From Bacillota bacterium (lineage in GTDB: Bacteria; Bacillota; UBA4882; UBA8346): a stretch of 25,594 bases of DNA. The notes under the pieces are model-generated. The model worked only from the letters and a program-made list of their open reading frames with translations, had not been told where the DNA came from and ran no database searches. The DNA lies in the NCBI GenBank assembly GCA_041309705.1, contig JBFYZC010000063.1:1-25594 (forward strand), in the 5' to 3' direction. Below are positions 8,396 through 16,570 of this stretch, piece by piece (positions within the stretch are counted from its first letter, which is position 1; each line of letters starts with the position of its first letter). A program made the position numbers and the translations under genes.

Positions 8396-9757
8396 ATGAA
8401 AAATAGGTTTTGGATTCCATTATTTTTATTAATAGCAGTAATCGCAGTTGGTTGGGGTATTCTGCAATATCAGGGACGTCGTCAATGGGAGATTAATGCG
8501 GAAAATCAGTATCAGCGAGCTTTCCAAGAGTTAACTGGTCATGTCAATAATATGGAAACCAGTTTATCAAAATCAGTGGTTGCTGCATCTTTCCCACAAA
8601 CAGTCCAGTTATTAACTGGAATCTGGCGCGAAGCAAATGCGGCACAAGAAAATTTAGGGCAACTTCCTTTAACCTCAGTCGAACTCTCAAGTACAAAGAT
8701 GTTTTTGGCGAATGTGAGTGCTTTTAGTCTCGCCACGGCACAGAATCGTCTGGTAAAAGGAGTGGCTCTCAATGAGACTGAATGGAAGACTTTGAAAAAA
8801 TTTCAAGCACAAGCGCGAATGATGGCGCAAAAAATGAATGCATTACGTAATGATTTTTCTACTACACCAGAGAAGTGGTTAAAAGTAGATGAAATGACCG
8901 CTTTGAGTGCTACTGGAATGGCAAATCGTCAAATTAATACTAATAAGGTTACCAAAGCTTTTATTATGTTGGAAGATGGTCTGCGACGTGCTCCGGATAT
9001 TCAGTTTGAAGGAAATAATCTTAACTTTGTGCCAAAAGCAACAGGTGTGACAGGAACAAAAATTATTAAGCAAGAAGCAGTCAAACGAGCAAGGAATTTT
9101 TTAGCACCACAAACTCAAGATGTTTCTTTTGTTTATGAACGTGTGATTGGTGGTAATTTACCTAGTTATATGATACGTGCTAATCAAAAGCAGAATCAGG
9201 CACTTAATTGGCAGTTTAGCATCAGTCAAAAAGGTGGACATGTTATGTGGATGCTAAATAATCGCCAAGTAAAGAAATCTACTTTAAACCTAAGTCAAAC
9301 ACAGAAAGTGGCAAATGACTTTTTGAAGCGGAACGGTTATTTGGGAATGCGTTGTGTGGCTCGTGAAAGCTATGAGAATGCTGCCACGCTCTCGTTTTGT
9401 CCGATGCGTTATAATGTTTTGCGTTATCCTGAATTGCTCAAGGTTCAAGTGGCAAGGGATAATGGCGAGATTATTGGATTTGATGCGACAGCTTTTTTAA
9501 CTTTCTATAACCCAAAAGAACCTAAACAAGTGAATCCTAATATTTCAGAAGCTAGAGTCCGACAGTTGATTAATCCACATCTAGCAGTGAATCGAATTCA
9601 AAAAGCTCAGGTTTTAGATGAGATGTATAATAAAGTTCTCTGTTATGAAGTTGATGGTGTTCAAGGTGGTAATCGCTACTTGATTTACTATAATGCTAAT
9701 AATGGGCGTGAGGAGAAAATTCGGCAAATAGATAGTAATGGTAATGAAGTTATGTAA
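8396..9757 (+). CDS. ypeB: Spore germination protein YpeB (PepSY domains)
   Basis: N-terminal TM then ENQYQRAFQEL...IWREANAAQENLGQLP typical of YpeB; C-terminal PepSY-like repeats; SD AAAGGA spacing favours ATG 8396 over GTG 8390. Confidence 0.88.
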   Translation: MKNRFWIPLFLLIAVIAVGWGILQYQGRRQWEINAENQYQRAFQELTGHVNNMETSLSKSVVAASFPQTVQLLTGIWREANAAQENLGQLPLTSVELSSTKMFLANVSAFSLATAQNRLVKGVALNETEWKTLKKFQAQARMMAQKMNALRNDFSTTPEKWLKVDEMTALSATGMANRQINTNKVTKAFIMLEDGLRRAPDIQFEGNNLNFVPKATGVTGTKIIKQEAVKRARNFLAPQTQDVSFVYERVIGGNLPSYMIRANQKQNQALNWQFSISQKGGHVMWMLNNRQVKKSTLNLSQTQKVANDFLKRNGYLGMRCVARESYENAATLSFCPMRYNVLRYPELLKVQVARDNGEIIGFDATAFLTFYNPKEPKQVNPNISEARVRQLINPHLAVNRIQKAQVLDEMYNKVLCYEVDGVQGGNRYLIYYNANNGREEKIRQIDSNGNEVM

Positions 9758-9770
9758 AATTTTTATGATG

Positions 9771-9795
9771 ATCCCCGTGTAAGCGGGGATTTTTT
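9771..9795. terminator. Intrinsic terminator between convergent ypeB and the Trx-CcdA gene
   Basis: Stem ATCCCCG/CGGGGAT, 6-nt loop, T5 tail. Confidence 0.8.
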
Positions 9796-10963
9796 AGTTT
9801 CCCATCATCCAAAAACTTTTATAACCTAAGAAAATAGTGACTAAGAGAAAAAAGCAAGCTAAAATTAACTTTGCTATTCCAAGATTTTTTTCGATGATTT
9901 TCTTGATTCCATGTGAGGTACTGCTGGAATAGATGAGTAATAAAATTACGATTAAGGGAAGAATGAAGCATAAATTATAGATTAATAGATAGAAAAATCC
10001 AGTGGTATCGGTATTTGAAGTACTGATAATATAGACAATAGTTGGTAAATACACTTGTCCGGTACAGAAAAACTCAAGTCCAGAAATTAAAACTCCAGTG
10101 AAGAAACCATAAATAGGTAATGCTTGTAAAAAGTATTGACTTCGAATCACTTTGTGAATTTGAAGCTTGATCTGCTTTGGTAATTGAAGTGTTACCGCAC
10201 CGAAATTTCCCTTTTGAATCAGATAATAATCGCGAAAACTTAAGATGCAGAAGGTTAAAGTGATTAGAGTGAATAATGGGTAGGTAATTCTAAGGAAGAA
10301 TGGCAGATAACTGAAGGTCGTTAACATTTTTAACAATCCTACCCCGATTAAGGTATAAGTGAGAAAAGTACCAATAATAAAGCTAACTCCAATTGAGAGA
10401 ATCGTACTACTTTTACCATGCAAGAAGAATAAAAAGGATAAGAAAAAGAGTAGTGTGGTAATTGAACAGGGATTAATACCATCAACTAAGCCACCAACAG
10501 CAACAGTGAAGATAGTAAAAGAGGTAAATAGTTGCTGGAATTTTGTAGAAATAGTGTAAGAATTGTTTTTTTTCAAAAGAGAAATGATCTTGCGATTGTC
10601 TGAACTTTCTGTTAGAATCTGATTTAGCCTAGTGGCAGTAAGGTTTTTTTGTCCATAAAAAGCAGTGTTGCCAATGAAAATTTTTGGTACAATGCCATAG
10701 TAACTTTCATCTACTTGATATGCTTCGTCGAAGGCAGCTAGTAAATGTTGATTTTTGACTGAGGTGACCTGTTTTTTAATAACGATCGCTTGATCTTTAA
10801 TGACTTTATTGAGAATCTGTTCCATTCTGATGCAACTAGGACATCCTGGAACTTTGAAGAGGACAATTAATGTCTTCTCTGCGGCAGAGATATAGGGGGA
10901 AATAAGGAGAACTAAAGAGAAGGTTAACATAGTTAAGAAGGTGTGAAAAGAGTATCTTTTCAT
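9794..10963 (-). CDS. Exported thioredoxin-fold (CPSC) domain fused to a CcdA/DsbD-type transmembrane domain
   Basis: Signal-like N-terminus, GCPSC motif, about six C-terminal TMs with DGINPCS and EFFCTGQVY cysteines; SD GGAGG favours ATG 10963 over 10975. Confidence 0.8.
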   Translation of the reverse strand: MKRYSFHTFLTMLTFSLVLLISPYISAAEKTLIVLFKVPGCPSCIRMEQILNKVIKDQAIVIKKQVTSVKNQHLLAAFDEAYQVDESYYGIVPKIFIGNTAFYGQKNLTATRLNQILTESSDNRKIISLLKKNNSYTISTKFQQLFTSFTIFTVAVGGLVDGINPCSITTLLFFLSFLFFLHGKSSTILSIGVSFIIGTFLTYTLIGVGLLKMLTTFSYLPFFLRITYPLFTLITLTFCILSFRDYYLIQKGNFGAVTLQLPKQIKLQIHKVIRSQYFLQALPIYGFFTGVLISGLEFFCTGQVYLPTIVYIISTSNTDTTGFFYLLIYNLCFILPLIVILLLIYSSSTSHGIKKIIEKNLGIAKLILACFFLLVTIFLGYKSFWMMGN

Positions 10964-11019
10964 TTCATCCTCCATAAATGTTAAATTTTTGTTTTATATT
11001 TGTAAATTATCTTATATTA

Positions 11020-11048
11020 AATATACTTTAAATATCCATAGTAGTCAA
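11020..11048 (-). promoter_or_regulatory. Candidate sigma-A promoter of the Trx-CcdA gene
   Basis: Minus strand TTGACT-N17-TATATT. Confidence 0.55.
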
Positions 11049-11148
11049 GAATAAAATATAATTTATTGATTTTGTATTAACAAGAAATAAAGAGCTGTTA
11101 GGAGCGTTTTTTTATTATACATGTAGATTAATATTTAGTTCAGAAGGA

Positions 11149-11177
11149 TTGCCAAAGGGTTGATTTATTGGTATAAT
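11149..11177 (+). promoter_or_regulatory. Sigma-A promoter of the radical SAM operon
   Basis: TTGCCA-N17-TATAAT with TGn extended -10. Confidence 0.75.
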
Positions 11178-11184
11178 ATTAATT

Positions 11185-11198
11185 AGAACAGACGTTTG
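11185..11198 (+). promoter_or_regulatory. LexA (SOS/Cheo) box overlapping the predicted transcription start
   Basis: AGAACAGACGTTTG matches the Gram-positive consensus CGAACRNRYGTTYG at 13/14, 8 nt downstream of the -10. Confidence 0.75.
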
Positions 11199-11236
11199 TA
11201 AAAGATGTAAATACTTTTTAATTGTAAAGTATATAG

Positions 11237-11443
11237 ATATTTTCCGGAAAATCTAATTCATTTTACCTTCGTGAAAAATCCTTAGTACTAGCTATACTTT
11301 CCAAAAGATCTAATTCATTTTATCTTCGCAAAAAATCCTTAGTACTCTGGATATTTTCACTCTATAAAATAAGAGATCTTTATTAAAAAGTATATTGATC
11401 TTTTCACTCGGTAAAATAAAAGATCTTTATCGGAAAATATATA
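11237..11443. repeat. Nested double copy of the palindromic repeat (L1-L2-R1-R2)
   Basis: L1 11237-11289 vs L2 11294-11346 46/53 identical (period 57); R1 11350-11395 vs R2 11397-11442 38/46 (period 47); L1 pairs with R2 and L2 with R1. Confidence 0.85.
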
Positions 11444-11457
11444 GAAGGTGTTAATAG

Positions 11458-12762
11458 ATGGATCTACAAGAGAAATTAGGGATTTTGGCAGCAGCGGCAA
11501 AATATGATGTCTCCTGTGCTTCTAGTGGCAGTCAACGTAAGAATCAAGGAGGATTGGGAGATACCTCTGATAGTAAAATAGGTATCTGTCACAGTTGGAC
11601 TTCTGATGGACGCTGCGTCTCATTATTAAAAGTACTTTTTTCTAATTATTGTAGTCATGATTGTGTCTATTGTATTAATCGACGGAGTAATGATTTGCCA
11701 CGGGCAACTTTTACGATTGATGAATTAGTTCAACTAACCATTGGTTTTTACCGCAGAAATTATATCGAAGGACTTTTTTTAAGCTCAGGAGTCTTAGGGA
11801 CACCGGATCAGACCATGGAGCAGCTCAATCAAGTGGTGAAGCGCTTGCGTACTGAAGAAAATTTTCATGGGTACATTCATCTTAAGGTGATCCCTGGTAC
11901 TAGCTCCGAATTAATTAAAGAAGCTGGTAGTTATGTAGATCGTTTGAGTGTGAATATCGAATTACCTTCGGAGCAAGGTTTAAAACTATTAGCACCTGAT
12001 AAAAAGCGCGATCATATCTTGAAGCCAATGGCGTTTATTCATGAAGAAACTACTGCACTAACACTGGAGAAACCCGGCGTTGTGCGAGCACCAGTTTTTG
12101 CTCCGGCAGGTCAGAGTACCCAGTTAATTGTTGGAGCTACTCGAGAAAGTGATCTGCAGATCTTGCATTTAACTGAAAAACTTTATCAACGGGTTAGCAT
12201 GCGTCGGGTTTATTACTCGGCTTATGTTCCCGTGGTAAGCAATCCTTTATTACCTACCTTAAGTACGCCACCTTTAAAACGTGAAAACCGTCTTTATCAA
12301 GCAGATTGGCTCTTGCGTTTTTATGGCTTTAATGCGGAGGAGATCTTAGATACTGAGCAGCCATTTTTAGATTCAGAATTAGATCCCAAGACAGGATGGG
12401 CGTTGCGTAATCTACATCTGTTTCCTGTAGAAATAAATCGTGCTGCGAAACGAACCTTGTTACGTGTGCCAGGAATTGGACTTAAAGCTGCTGAACGAAT
12501 TTTAGCTGCACGACGTTTTGGTCAGTTGGATTTTGAGGCGCTCAAAAAGATGGGGGTAGTACTGAAACGGGCGAGATACTTTATTACCTGCCAAGGAAAG
12601 AGTTTGGAAAAAACACTTTATGCAGAGAGTTTGCGAGAAAAATTAATAGAGAAAACACCGTTAGCTCAAAAAGATCAAACAGTACAGTTAGCACTGTTTG
12701 CACCAGAAGAATTAAGTAATTTAGTACAGAAAGAGATTAAAGATGATTTGCTACTTATATGA
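11458..12762 (+). CDS. Putative DNA modification/repair radical SAM protein with helix-hairpin-helix (TIGR03916-type)
   Basis: AAKYDVSCASSG, GICHSW..DGRCVSLLK, CSHDCVYC (CxxxCxxC), RENRLYQADWLLRFYGF, HhH LLRVPGIG. Confidence 0.92.
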   Translation: MDLQEKLGILAAAAKYDVSCASSGSQRKNQGGLGDTSDSKIGICHSWTSDGRCVSLLKVLFSNYCSHDCVYCINRRSNDLPRATFTIDELVQLTIGFYRRNYIEGLFLSSGVLGTPDQTMEQLNQVVKRLRTEENFHGYIHLKVIPGTSSELIKEAGSYVDRLSVNIELPSEQGLKLLAPDKKRDHILKPMAFIHEETTALTLEKPGVVRAPVFAPAGQSTQLIVGATRESDLQILHLTEKLYQRVSMRRVYYSAYVPVVSNPLLPTLSTPPLKRENRLYQADWLLRFYGFNAEEILDTEQPFLDSELDPKTGWALRNLHLFPVEINRAAKRTLLRVPGIGLKAAERILAARRFGQLDFEALKKMGVVLKRARYFITCQGKSLEKTLYAESLREKLIEKTPLAQKDQTVQLALFAPEELSNLVQKEIKDDLLLI

Positions 12763-13525
12763 TGGCAGTTTTTGGGGCTTATTAACTGCTTTGGCAGTAG
12801 CTTTGAATAATTTTTCAGAAGAAAATCGAATTTTGGTGAGTGATGATTTTTTTCCGGATTTGTTTACAGAAACGATCGATGTTATCACAGAAGTTAATGT
12901 TTCTGAAAAATTTCTTCTAGAATTTAAAAATTATCTCAATGAACAACAAATGCTGGATATTTATTATATTTTTTTGGCAAATGAACCTAGAAAAGAGACA
13001 TTGCTGTTGCAATATTTATATTTAGTGAAAGTAAGCAAAGGGGCAATTGCTAAAAATAATGCCAACAATTTGGTTTTGCAACTGAATCGTTTAAGTAATC
13101 AAGTTGCTCATGAAGTGCTGCGTTATCAAGGTTTAGTGCGATTTCGCAAGTTGAATGAGGGGATTTTTTATGCACCAATCAAACCAAAACATAATATAGT
13201 TGAGCTTTTAGCGCCACATTTTGTGCGTCGGTTTGCTGATCAGCCGTTTGTGATTCAAGACATAGAACGACGGACGGGAATTTATTATGATCTGAACAAA
13301 TGTAGATATTTAAGTTTTTTAGAATTAAATGAAAAATTATTAATGTCAAGTCTTAATTTGGAGTCAGCAGATGAAATTTTTGCTAAAGAAGAAGTATTAT
13401 ATCAACAACTCTGGCGTGAATATTTTCGTAAAGCTAGCATTTCTGAACGAAAAAATTTAAAATTGCAAAGACAGCATCTTCCGAAGAAATATCGTGATCA
13501 CTTAGTGGAAAGTTTTGAAGAATAA
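12743..13525 (+). CDS. TIGR03915/DUF4130 family putative DNA metabolism protein
   Basis: YLYDGSF.GLLTA N-terminus, GLVRF, YAPIKPKHN, LAPHFVRRF, YQQLWREYF, QRQHLPKKY; overlaps the radical SAM gene by 20 nt as in the usual pair. Confidence 0.9.
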   Translation: MICYLYDGSFWGLLTALAVALNNFSEENRILVSDDFFPDLFTETIDVITEVNVSEKFLLEFKNYLNEQQMLDIYYIFLANEPRKETLLLQYLYLVKVSKGAIAKNNANNLVLQLNRLSNQVAHEVLRYQGLVRFRKLNEGIFYAPIKPKHNIVELLAPHFVRRFADQPFVIQDIERRTGIYYDLNKCRYLSFLELNEKLLMSSLNLESADEIFAKEEVLYQQLWREYFRKASISERKNLKLQRQHLPKKYRDHLVESFEE

Positions 13526-13534
13526 TTTTCTGAT

Positions 13535-13682
13535 TAATCCACAATTTTTTTGAGTTATCCACAGTTTGTGAAGAAGAAAGCTTTTAGTTATCAGCAAAAC
13601 TCGTTTAACTGTGTTTTTCTTTTAAAAATAAATTTTTTTCTCTAAAAACAAAGTTTTTAACTGTTGATAAACTTGTGGATAA
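13535..13682. promoter_or_regulatory. DnaA-box cluster (five boxes)
   Basis: TAATCCACA 13535-43 (+), TTATCCACA 13555-63 (+, perfect), TGTGAAGAA 13567-75 (-), TGTTGATAA 13662-70 (-), TGTGGATAA 13674-82 (-, perfect); all within 1 mismatch of TTWTNCACA; AT-rich core. Confidence 0.8.
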
Positions 13683-13733
13683 CTTTTTGTCTGTTTTAAA
13701 GAGATAATGTATTATTCAAGCAAAAGACCATGA

Positions 13734-13761
13734 CACCCTTTAAGTCGTTATTTCATATGAT
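13734..13761 (+). promoter_or_regulatory. Possible sigma-K-type promoter upstream of the holin-like gene
   Basis: CACC-N16-CATATGAT fits mACm-N16-CATAnnnT; short, low-information motif. Confidence 0.25.
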
Positions 13762-13811
13762 GAATTGAAGTAAGCGATGAGATAATGACTGATTAATAGG
13801 GGGTGACTGGA

Positions 13812-14201
13812 ATGAATCTTGATGTTGTAAGTGATCTTTTGGTAGTAACATTACCAATTATTACTGCGGGAGCGACTTATGCTTTAGGTGCTTTTGGTAT
13901 TTACTTAACTAATAAATATCGTAATAATAAATTAATGCAAGCAGTGGCATTATTAGATCAAGTAGTAATTGAAGTGGTGAAAGAGCTTAATCAAACATTA
14001 GTATCAGAATTAAAAAAGGCTAAAGCGGATGGGAAATTGACCCCAGATGAGGTGGCACAGATTCGTAGTAAAGCAGTAGAAATGGTAATTAGTAGATTGG
14101 GAAGTGGAATTGTGGAGATTTTGCTTAAATATTTTGGTAGCTTAACCGAATTAGTAGTTACTAAGATCGAGGCTGCGGTTTATGATTTGAAAACTAAGTA
14201 G
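13812..14201 (+). CDS. Small single-TM protein resembling LL-H-type phage holins
   Basis: One N-terminal TM, then helical domain with ELNQTLV..LK...DGKLT..E motif and IEAAV end; SD AGGGGGTGA favours ATG 13812; family call from recollection. Confidence 0.55.
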   Translation: MNLDVVSDLLVVTLPIITAGATYALGAFGIYLTNKYRNNKLMQAVALLDQVVIEVVKELNQTLVSELKKAKADGKLTPDEVAQIRSKAVEMVISRLGSGIVEILLKYFGSLTELVVTKIEAAVYDLKTK

Positions 14202-14232
14202 TAAAAAATTAAGAAATTAATTGTATTACATA

Positions 14233-14259
14233 AAGGAGGTTGCCCTCCTTGTTTTTTTT
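14233..14259 (+). terminator. Intrinsic terminator after the holin-like gene
   Basis: Stem AAGGAGG/CCTCCTT, 4-nt loop, T8 tail. Confidence 0.75.
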
Positions 14260-14269
14260 ATGTTATACT
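14240..14269 (+). promoter_or_regulatory. Candidate sigma-A promoter of nfnAB, overlapping the upstream terminator
   Basis: TTGCCC-N18-TATACT with TGn extension. Confidence 0.45.
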
Positions 14270-14305
14270 TAAACAAAGATTGTAGTATAGAAAGGAACGA
14301 GAAAA

Positions 14306-15151
14306 GTGAAAGTGTTAATTAAAGAGACTTTAGCACCACGAATTATGAAATTAATAATCGAAGCTCCGATGATTGCAACAAAAGCAGAACCTGGTCATTT
14401 TGTAGTAGTGCGGTTGCATGAAAAAGCGGAACGAATTCCACTAACAATTGCGGACTTTGATCGTAATCAAGGAACAATTACCTTAATTGTTCAAGAAGTA
14501 GGTAAAAGTACTGCCTTAATTAATGCTATGCAACCAGGTGATACTTTTATTGATATTCTGGGACCACTAGGAACTCCATATCCGATTACCAAATTAGGAA
14601 CAGTGGTGGGAGTAGCAGGGGGCTTGGGTGCAGCACCACTTTATCCTAAGTTAAAAGCCTTAGCAGCCGCAGGTAATAGAGTAATTACAATTATTGGCGC
14701 ACAACGTCAAGAACTCTTAATTATGTTGGATGAGTTAAAAGCAGTGAGTGATGAGTTAATTATTACTACAGATGATGGAAGCTGTGGTGAACATGGTTTA
14801 GTTACAGCTCCATTACGTCGTATTCTGGAAAATCAGCAGATCGATGAGGTAATTGCGATTGGTCCAGTACCAATGATGGATGCATGCTGTCAGGTGACTA
14901 GGGAATTTCAAACCAAAACGATTGTCAGTTTAAATGCAGTGATGGTTGATGGTACTGGAATGTGTGGGGGCTGTCGCGTTACCGTCGGAGGCGAGAGTAA
15001 GTTCTGTTGTGTGGACGGACCATCTTTTGATGGTTTGGCAGTAGACTTTACAGAGCTAAGACAACGGCAACGTTATTATGGTTCGCAAGAAAAAGCAGCC
15101 TATCAGGCACATCAACATGAGAGTGGGGGGTGTGGCTGTTGCGAGAAGTAA
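14306..15151 (+). CDS. nfnA: Electron-bifurcating transhydrogenase small subunit NfnA (FAD, 2Fe-2S)
   Basis: ERIPLTIAD, GPLG, GGLGAAP, DGTGMCGGCRV and CVDGP motifs; translationally coupled (TAATG) to nfnB. Confidence 0.9.
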   Translation: MKVLIKETLAPRIMKLIIEAPMIATKAEPGHFVVVRLHEKAERIPLTIADFDRNQGTITLIVQEVGKSTALINAMQPGDTFIDILGPLGTPYPITKLGTVVGVAGGLGAAPLYPKLKALAAAGNRVITIIGAQRQELLIMLDELKAVSDELIITTDDGSCGEHGLVTAPLRRILENQQIDEVIAIGPVPMMDACCQVTREFQTKTIVSLNAVMVDGTGMCGGCRVTVGGESKFCCVDGPSFDGLAVDFTELRQRQRYYGSQEKAAYQAHQHESGGCGCCEK

Positions 15152-16521
15152 TGCCAAAACAAGCTCCAGAAGTAAGAAGGAGTAATTTTGAAGAAGTAGC
15201 TTTGGGATATACTTTAGAACAAGCAAAAGCTGAGGCGGAACGTTGTCTGAACTGTAAAAAAGCTTTCTGTCGTCAAGGATGTCCAGTAGAAATTGATATA
15301 CCTGGATTTATTACCAAGATTAAAGAGAATGATTTGACAGGTGCGTTATTAAAAATTAAAGAGAAAAATAGTCTGCCTGCAATCTGTGGTCGGGTCTGTC
15401 CTCAAGAAAGTCAGTGTGAAAGTCAGTGTATTTTAGGAAAAAAGGGTGAACCAGTAGCAATTGGGGCTTTAGAGCGCTTTGTTGCAGATCAGGAAGAACA
15501 GCTTCATTTGGGTGAGAGTTGTCCGAATACTAAAGTTGAGGGTAAAGCCGCGATCATTGGAGCTGGACCAGCAGGACTAACTGCTGCGGCAGATCTTGCT
15601 TTGCAGGGGATGGAGGTAACGATCTTTGAATCATTACATGCCGCAGGTGGTGTTTTGCAATATGGAATTCCACAATTTCGTCTGCCAAAGGAGATTGTTG
15701 ATCGGGAAGTTGCTTATATTAAAAAACTAGGAGTCAAGATTGAGACCAGTATGTTAGTGGGTCAGGTAGTGACGATTGAAGAACTTTTCGCTCAAGGGTA
15801 TCAAACAATCTTTATCAGCACTGGGGCTGGTCTACCATATTTTTTAAATATTCCAGGTGAGAATCTGAATGGAGTCTACTCGGCGAATGAATTTTTGACT
15901 AGGGTTAATCTGATGAAGGCGTATCGTTTTCCAGAGTATGACACACCAGTCCGACTTGGTTCAAAGGTAGCAGTTATTGGTGGTGGTAATGTTGCCATGG
16001 ATGCAGCGCGTACCTCATTACGTCTCGGAGCAGAGGAAGTTTATATTGTTTATCGTCGTTCCAAGGATGAGTTACCAGCGCGTTATGAAGAGATTGAGAA
16101 TGCTGAAGAAGAAGGAGTTATCTTTAAATTATTAACTAATCCTACCCGTATTATTGGGAATGAACAAGGTGAAGTAGTGGCTTTGGAATGTTTACAGATG
16201 CAACTGGGTGAGCCTGATAGTAGTGGGAGGAGACGACCAGTAGAGATTCCTGATTCTGAGTTTCAATTTTCAGTAGATAATGTAATTGTAGCAATTGGAC
16301 AAGGTCCAAATCCGGTTTTGTTACGTAACTCAAGTGGACTTACCTTAAATAAAAAAGGCTATATTCAGGTTGATCCAGAAACTTTGGCAACCAGTATTCC
16401 CGGAGTATATGCTGGAGGAGATATTGTGACAGGAGCTGCAACAGTAATTGCTGCTATGGGGGCTGGTAAGCAAGCGGCACGTCAGATGATCGCGTATTGT
16501 GAAACCTTAAAGAGTAAATAG
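15151..16521 (+). CDS. nfnB: Electron-bifurcating transhydrogenase large subunit NfnB (GltD-like, 2x4Fe-4S, FAD)
   Basis: CLNCK..C..GCP, GRVCPQE.QCE..C, IGAGPAG, VIGGGNVAMD, YAGGD; start ATG 15151 overlaps the nfnA stop; no gltB nearby. Confidence 0.9.
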   Translation: MPKQAPEVRRSNFEEVALGYTLEQAKAEAERCLNCKKAFCRQGCPVEIDIPGFITKIKENDLTGALLKIKEKNSLPAICGRVCPQESQCESQCILGKKGEPVAIGALERFVADQEEQLHLGESCPNTKVEGKAAIIGAGPAGLTAAADLALQGMEVTIFESLHAAGGVLQYGIPQFRLPKEIVDREVAYIKKLGVKIETSMLVGQVVTIEELFAQGYQTIFISTGAGLPYFLNIPGENLNGVYSANEFLTRVNLMKAYRFPEYDTPVRLGSKVAVIGGGNVAMDAARTSLRLGAEEVYIVYRRSKDELPARYEEIENAEEEGVIFKLLTNPTRIIGNEQGEVVALECLQMQLGEPDSSGRRRPVEIPDSEFQFSVDNVIVAIGQGPNPVLLRNSSGLTLNKKGYIQVDPETLATSIPGVYAGGDIVTGAATVIAAMGAGKQAARQMIAYCETLKSK

Positions 16522-16545
16522 AATTAAAGTTGATCTTGAATTCTT

Positions 16546-16570
16546 AAACCCGTCTCAGGACGGGTTTTTT
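16546..16570 (+). terminator. Intrinsic terminator after nfnAB
   Basis: Stem AAACCCGTC/GACGGGTTT, 4-nt loop, T tail. Confidence 0.88.

Noticed and set aside
11237-11443. CRISPR array
   Set aside because: Units are adjacent 53/46-bp arms arranged as nested inverted repeats, with no unique spacers and no cas genes.
13535-13682. Primary chromosomal oriC
   Set aside because: No dnaA, dnaN, rpmH or gidA neighbours and no GC-rich/DnaA-trio unwinding element seen; kept only as a DnaA-box cluster.
13812-14201. Prophage
   Set aside because: No endolysin, integrase, structural or replication genes, and no att-like repeats in the flanks.
14260-14277. Rex operator at the nfnAB promoter
   Set aside because: TGTTATACTTAAACAA does not fit the 18-bp TTGTGAA-N4-TTCACAA spacing or symmetry.
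15151-16521. Glutamate synthase small subunit (gltD/gltA) annotation
   Set aside because: No large GltB subunit nearby; translational coupling to a PyrK-like FAD/2Fe-2S gene is the NfnAB signature.
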